A stretch of 64,000 nucleotides of DNA, taken from the NCBI GenBank assembly GCA_951406725.2, contig OX597829.1, positions 26,598,001 through 26,662,000 of the forward strand, written 5' to 3'. Position numbers and translations under genes: made by a program. The stretch comes from Octopus vulgaris. Its lineage: Eukaryota. Each line of letters opens with the position of its first letter. Within the stretch, counting starts at the first letter, position 1. The notes under the pieces are model-generated. The model ran no database searches and was not told the DNA's origin. It saw only the letters and a list, made by a program, of their open reading frames with translations. Below are positions 58,489 through 64,000 of this stretch, one piece after another.

Positions 58489-58577
58489 TATATATATACA
58501 TATATACACACATATATATATATGTATATATATATAACTATTCCTATGTGTCTGAATACGTCTATGTATGAATATAT

Positions 58578-58633
<56 letters not shown>

Positions 58634-58635
<2 letters not shown>

Positions 58636-59191
58636 GAGGTTTTTCATGCTAACTACTGATAATTTCTAATAAAGATTTTATCCTTAATTTTAAATTTATA
58701 TTTTTCACCGGAATAGTTCAATACTGAAATTTTGTTCCAAATAGGCAATTTGTTACCGAAATGCAGTGCGAATAAGCCCGCCATTTTCATAGATATGTAA
58801 AGATAAACATTCGTACATGCTGCGACGAATTCTACGGTTGGCTGTTGGGTTTGTAATATTGTGTTTTTTTCTTATATGTCTTGAGTTTGTTGCACTGATG
58901 AGCATAGAATGCATATTCTGCATTGATTGCGAAATCACATGTGATATGTAACTAAATTCTGTTTTTAAATGACTTGCTTTGAAGTTTTGCATTCGGTAAA
59001 ATTTGTTTATTTTAGTAGTTTTGACTGCAAGAGTCCCTCCTAGCGTGCGGTACCTATGAATAATAGTACCCTCTATATAATATAAATAAATATTTTCAAA
59101 GTGGAAAAATTTACAGAATTTTTTCTCTTACGAGGTTTTTCACGCTAACTACTGATAATTTCTTATAAAGATTTTATCCTTAATTTTAAAT
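58634..59191 (+). mobile_element. 496-bp unit + ~60-bp terminal direct repeat carrying a hammerhead (retrozyme/pLTR-like)
   Basis: ACGAGGTTTTTCA.GCTAACTACTGATAATTTCT.ATAAAGATTTTATCCTTAATTTTAAA occurs at 58634 and 59130. (TA)n on both sides, no credible ORF. Confidence 0.8.
58889..58952 (+). ncRNA. Type-I hammerhead ribozyme, canonical core
   Basis: GTTGCA-CTGATGA-GCA...TGC-GAAA-TCACATGTGA-TA-TGTAAC: stem I 6 bp (one G-U), stem II G-C closed, palindromic stem III AUCACAUGUGAU, AUA site. Confidence 0.9.
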
Positions 59192-59193
59192 AA

Positions 59194-59291
<98 letters not shown>

Positions 59292-59440
59292 TATTGAAGT
59301 AGATAAATGAATTATCTTATTACGGAGAATTCAAATGATTCAAATGGATAGACAGTTTGTGCCATTTATTCCATGGGCTCCTCGTGAGCGTTTGTCGAAA
59401 AGCTTGGTGTGCATTTTGTTGGAGAATTAAGTTCCTGAAA

Positions 59441-59522
59441 TTTCCTGAAGAGAAGGCTGCAAAATGGACTCCTTATTCAATCCGAATTAGGGACTTTGCA
59501 GCCTTTGAAACATATATAGAAA
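59441..59522 (+). ncRNA. Type-I hammerhead ribozyme motif (slightly decayed)
   Basis: TTTC-CTGAAGA-GAAGGCTGCAAA...TTTGCAGCCTTT-GAAA-CATATA-TA-GAAA: 12-bp stem II (G-U closing) and one stem III mismatch. AATAAA at ~59525, then (TA)n. Confidence 0.78.
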
Positions 59523-59572
59523 ATAATAAAAAGGAATTTTGTTAAATCTTCGTTCAGCTCCATTTCTTCCTA

Positions 59573-59757
<185 letters not shown>

Positions 59758-59981
59758 CATGAAGAACATTTTAACGGGTTTCAGTCTTTTCAACTTAGAT
59801 TAAAGCATGAAAAACAATTAAATTGTGGAAAGATGAAATGAAATGTTTTTCTAAATATTTCCATAGTTTTCAAATGCAACGGACATTTTCCTTTTTCTGT
59901 CTGTCTCTGACGCTCTTTTTCAAACTATTCCTATGTGCCTGTACATATGTATATATATATAATATACGTATGTGTGTGTAT

Positions 59982-60044
<63 letters not shown>

Positions 60045-60073
60045 TATATATACATGTATATACATTTATATAC

Positions 60074-60122
<49 letters not shown>

Positions 60123-60213
60123 TGTACATATGTATATGCACATATATGTCAGTATGCACATATATGTATGTATATATATGTATTTTTTCTATTCCTATAT
60201 GTTTGTATACGTG

Positions 60214-60288
<75 letters not shown>

Positions 60289-60311
60289 TTATGTATGTAT
60301 GTGTGTGTATG

Positions 60312-60346
<35 letters not shown>

Positions 60347-60397
60347 TCACATACATATACATATACACACAAATACATGTGTGTGTGTGTTTTTGTG

Positions 60398-60442
<45 letters not shown>

Positions 60443-60654
60443 ACACGCACATGTTTGATGAAGGAGTAATGCCAAAACAGGTGACCACTATCACCACTAC
60501 GCTCTCTTCTTCCCTTTCCGATTCTTTCGTCTTCGTTAAGGGTCAGTGACTTTCTTAAACCCCTAATTCACGATGCCTACATTTAATTACTTATAATAAA
60601 ACACCACAAACAGACCACGATATTACCTCTATCTTGTGTGTGCGTGTGTGTGTA

Positions 60655-60691
<37 letters not shown>

Positions 60692-60885
60692 AAGAGGGGG
60701 AAAGAGAGAGAGAAAGTGTACATGTATGTGTGTGTGTATGTGTATGTACGTGTGTGCGTGTGTGAGCATGCACTTATATATATATATATGTATACACGCA
60801 TATATTAGATAGAAATTTATACATACATATACAGATGTGTGTATATGCGTGAGTATATGTGTGTAAGTATATATACAAGACAGAC

Positions 60886-60965
<80 letters not shown>

Positions 60966-62246
60966 GGATAGATGGATAGATGGATAGATATATCCGTACA
61001 GCACACACACACATACACACACACAACACATATATATACATGCTCATACATGTGTGTGCGCGTGTTAGTACATGCGTATTCATACACACACGCACTAACA
61101 CATACACCATCACATCAACCCACCACCTTCCTTTTTCTCTCTCTTAACCCCTTATAAATTCATTAACCAACTGGTCCCACCAACACACCACAACACGATA
61201 CAGCCGCTAACCCTTACCACCGGCATCTCTTTTTCCCTTTCTATTGGCTTTGTTAGGGGTCAGTTGTGTTCCTGACCCTAATTCTTGACCCCTATAATTA
61301 AGGAAACATACCAAATTGTCGCTATACTCCTACGCTGTCACACCACCACACCAATATACACATTCTTTTTGTCTTTCTCTTTTCTGTGTCCTGGGGTTCC
61401 TTAAAGGGTCAGTGATTGCTTCAACACTTAAAACTGTTGAGCCCCTATGTACTTATATGTATGTGTGTACGTGTATGTGTATGTGTGGAGCGTGTGTGTG
61501 TATGCGGTTATATGTGTCTATATATGTATGTACCTATATGCGTGTTATATATCTTATTTTTTACTCACTTCAGTCATTAGACTGGGGGCCCCAGCACTTT
61601 GTTTTTTTTTTTTTAAGCTCCGTACTTATTCTATCGGACAGTCTAGCCGAACCGCTAAGTTATGGGAATGTAAACACAGTACCACGGTTGTCAAAAGATG
61701 GTGGAGGACAAACAGACACAGACGCACAAACATCACACACACATACACGTGTGTGTGTCTGTATGTGTGTACGTTAGTGTATCAACCAATAAGTAACAAG
61801 GAAACAAGAATTAGGTTATTAACTTCGTTAGCTTACATATAGCTCTTTATGCTATTAGAAGGAATACAATCAGTGCACCAAGGCTCGGGGGAAGCAACAA
61901 GATATTACCTAAACATTCATCCCTGAGTGCAATACGTCTTACAGCGGAAATAGTTGTAAGCTAATGAACGTAATTCCTGTTCCCTTGTCATTCAATAATT
62001 AGTATTATGTTCTATACTTACCTAACGCTTTATTCTAAAGTATATTGAATTCTAACGACTGCTTATTAGTGTTGCTAAACCAAGGGAAATCTTAGGCTGT
62101 ATGGAATGAAGTTTGTTTCCCAACCACATGGTACTAGGTTCGGTCCTCATACTGCTTAGCACCTTGGACATGTGTCTTCCACAATTGACTTGGGTCGACC
62201 AAAAGCCCTATGATTACATTCGTGGAGAGAAACCGAAAGAAGCCCG

Positions 62247-62335
<89 letters not shown>

Positions 62336-62776
62336 TTTCTGCATGTGTTTGTCTCCCATCACCGCTTGGCAACCAGTGTCGCTTTGCTTACATCGCCGTA
62401 ACTTAGCGGTTTGACAAATAGTGACCGATGCAATAATTACCAGGCTTTAAAAGATAAGTACTGGTGTGAATTTGTTCGTCTGAAAACCCTTCAAGGCGCT
62501 GTGCCCCAGCATGGCTACAGTCTAATGACTGAAACAAGTAAAAGAAAAAAGATACATACGGGAGTTCAACAAGAGACTGCTACACAGTATTGAAGAATAC
62601 TGTGTAGCAGTAGATTGCAAACCAGGCAAGGGTCATTACACTATCCCTCTGGGCGGCATTCTTTACAGGGAAAGCATTAGCAGCTGAACAGCATTCCATT
62701 AAGGAGACCATCACACTGTTATTATAAATACAAAACAACACCACGGAAGAATCGACGTAAGCTTAAATAATAAACT

Positions 62777-62946
62777 GCATTAGGGGAACCGCGATATGGC
62801 GAGGGATTACTGTATAAACCGCAATAGGGGAACCGCGATATGGCGAGGGATTACTGTATAAACCGCAATAGGCGAACCGCGATATGGCGAGGGATTACTG
62901 TATAAACCGCAATAGGGGAACCGCGATATGGCGAGGGATTACTGTG
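62777..62946. repeat. 44-bp GC-rich tandem repeat, ~3.8 copies
   Basis: TAGGGGAACCGCGATATGGCGAGGGATTACTGTATAAACCGCAA starts at 62781, 62825, 62869 and 62913. Confidence 0.97.
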
Positions 62947-63464
62947 TACCACTTTGGTTGTTGCAACAGTATTTATTGCCTTTTCATTTGTACAGATGTA
63001 TTATGGGAGCACCCTTGTACAGTTGCGGGACAACTTTGTTCCAACCTAATATCAATGTATCTTTCTTCTTTTTCTTTCTTTTTTACTTGTTTCAGTCATT
63101 TGACTGCGACCATGCTGGAGCACCGCCTTTAGTCGAGCAAATCGACCCCAAGACTTATTCTTTGTAAGCCCAGTACTTATTCTATCGGTCTCTTTTGCCG
63201 AACCGCTAGGTGACGGGGACGTAAACACACCAGCATCGGTTGACAAGCAATGCTAGGGGGACAAACACAGACACACACACACATATATATATATATACAT
63301 ATATACGACAGGCTTCTTTCAGTTTCCGTCTACCAAATCCACTCACAAGGCATTGGTCGGCCCGGGGCTATAGCAGAAGACACTTGCCCAAGATGCCACG
63401 CAGTGGGACTGAACCCGGAACCATGTGGTTGGTAGGCAAGCTACTTACCACACAGCCACTCCTA

Positions 63465-63530
<66 letters not shown>

Positions 63531-63698
63531 CATATAAATGTATATATACACATACACACATATCTATATATACATACATATATATATATGCATAGTTAAT
63601 CCAAACAAGAAAGCACAAAAAAAAAACAACACAACAACGCGAGGACGTGGAACAAATATAGTATTATTGGACGCTCAGGAAAGAAGGAAAGAATGCGG

Positions 63699-63733
63699 GT
63701 TTAACGTTTCGAGCGGAGCTCTTCGTCGGAAAC
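63699..63733 (-). ncRNA. Minimal hammerhead motif (CCGA variant), same family as 23150-23184
   Basis: Minus strand: GTTT-CCGACGA-A-GAGC(TCC)GCTC-GAAA-CG-TT-AAAC. The host element 63595-63805 is homologous to 23070-23275. Confidence 0.68.
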
Positions 63734-63815
63734 ATAGGAGAAGGAAAGATCCAGAGAAAGGAAGACAGAGGGGAAAAAAATCGCCAACGGTACACACGCG
63801 GTCACATTTATATGC

Positions 63816-63881
<66 letters not shown>

Positions 63882-63942
63882 TCATAGACGATGTAATTGG
63901 TCGTTATTAATATTCTTTAATATGAATATTCCTTAATTCTTC

Positions 63943-64000
63943 CTCTCTGAAGATGAGACATCTGCCATATGCGCAGTTATTCTAGAAACAATTGTAAGAG
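63943..64000 (+). ncRNA. Type-I hammerhead motif at window edge (decayed stem II)
   Basis: CTCT-CTGAAGA-...CTGCCATATGCGCAG...-GAAA-CAATTG-TA-AGAG. The stem III palindrome is the same as at 44874. Confidence 0.7.

Noticed and set aside
62777-62946. CRISPR-like array
   Set aside because: The repeats are head-to-tail with no unique spacers, the context is eukaryotic and there are no cas genes.

Overview
This is eukaryotic, AT-rich DNA saturated with microsatellites. The repeat landscape of (TA)n/(CA)n/(TACA)n/(TAGA)n arrays and several abundant tRNA-derived SINEs suggests a coleoid cephalopod, most likely Octopus (inference). The only credible host gene is a Pax1/9 (Pox-meso) paired-box coding exon at 36128-36984 (+). 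Its tiny 5' ATG-G exon was not located. Almost all other ORFs in the track are microsatellite noise or transposon relics: mariner/Tc1, Dong/R4-like LINE, Helitron PIF1 helicase and non-autonomous Helitrons, CR1/L2-like and RTE-like LINE ends, and Penelope-like RT/GIY-YIG fragments. The most notable hidden structure is seven type-I hammerhead ribozyme motifs from about six unrelated sequence families. They sit in short elements embedded in or beside (TA)n tracts. Two lie downstream of Penelope GIY-YIG tails, and one lies inside a 496-bp unit with a terminal direct repeat (retrozyme-like). Numerous long foldback elements accompany them. Downstream of Pax1/9 is a degenerate A-rich satellite and an old 3-copy tandem duplication of about 3.2-3.8 kb containing an apparent gene-conversion tract. 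All calls are by eye; no alignments or folding were run.
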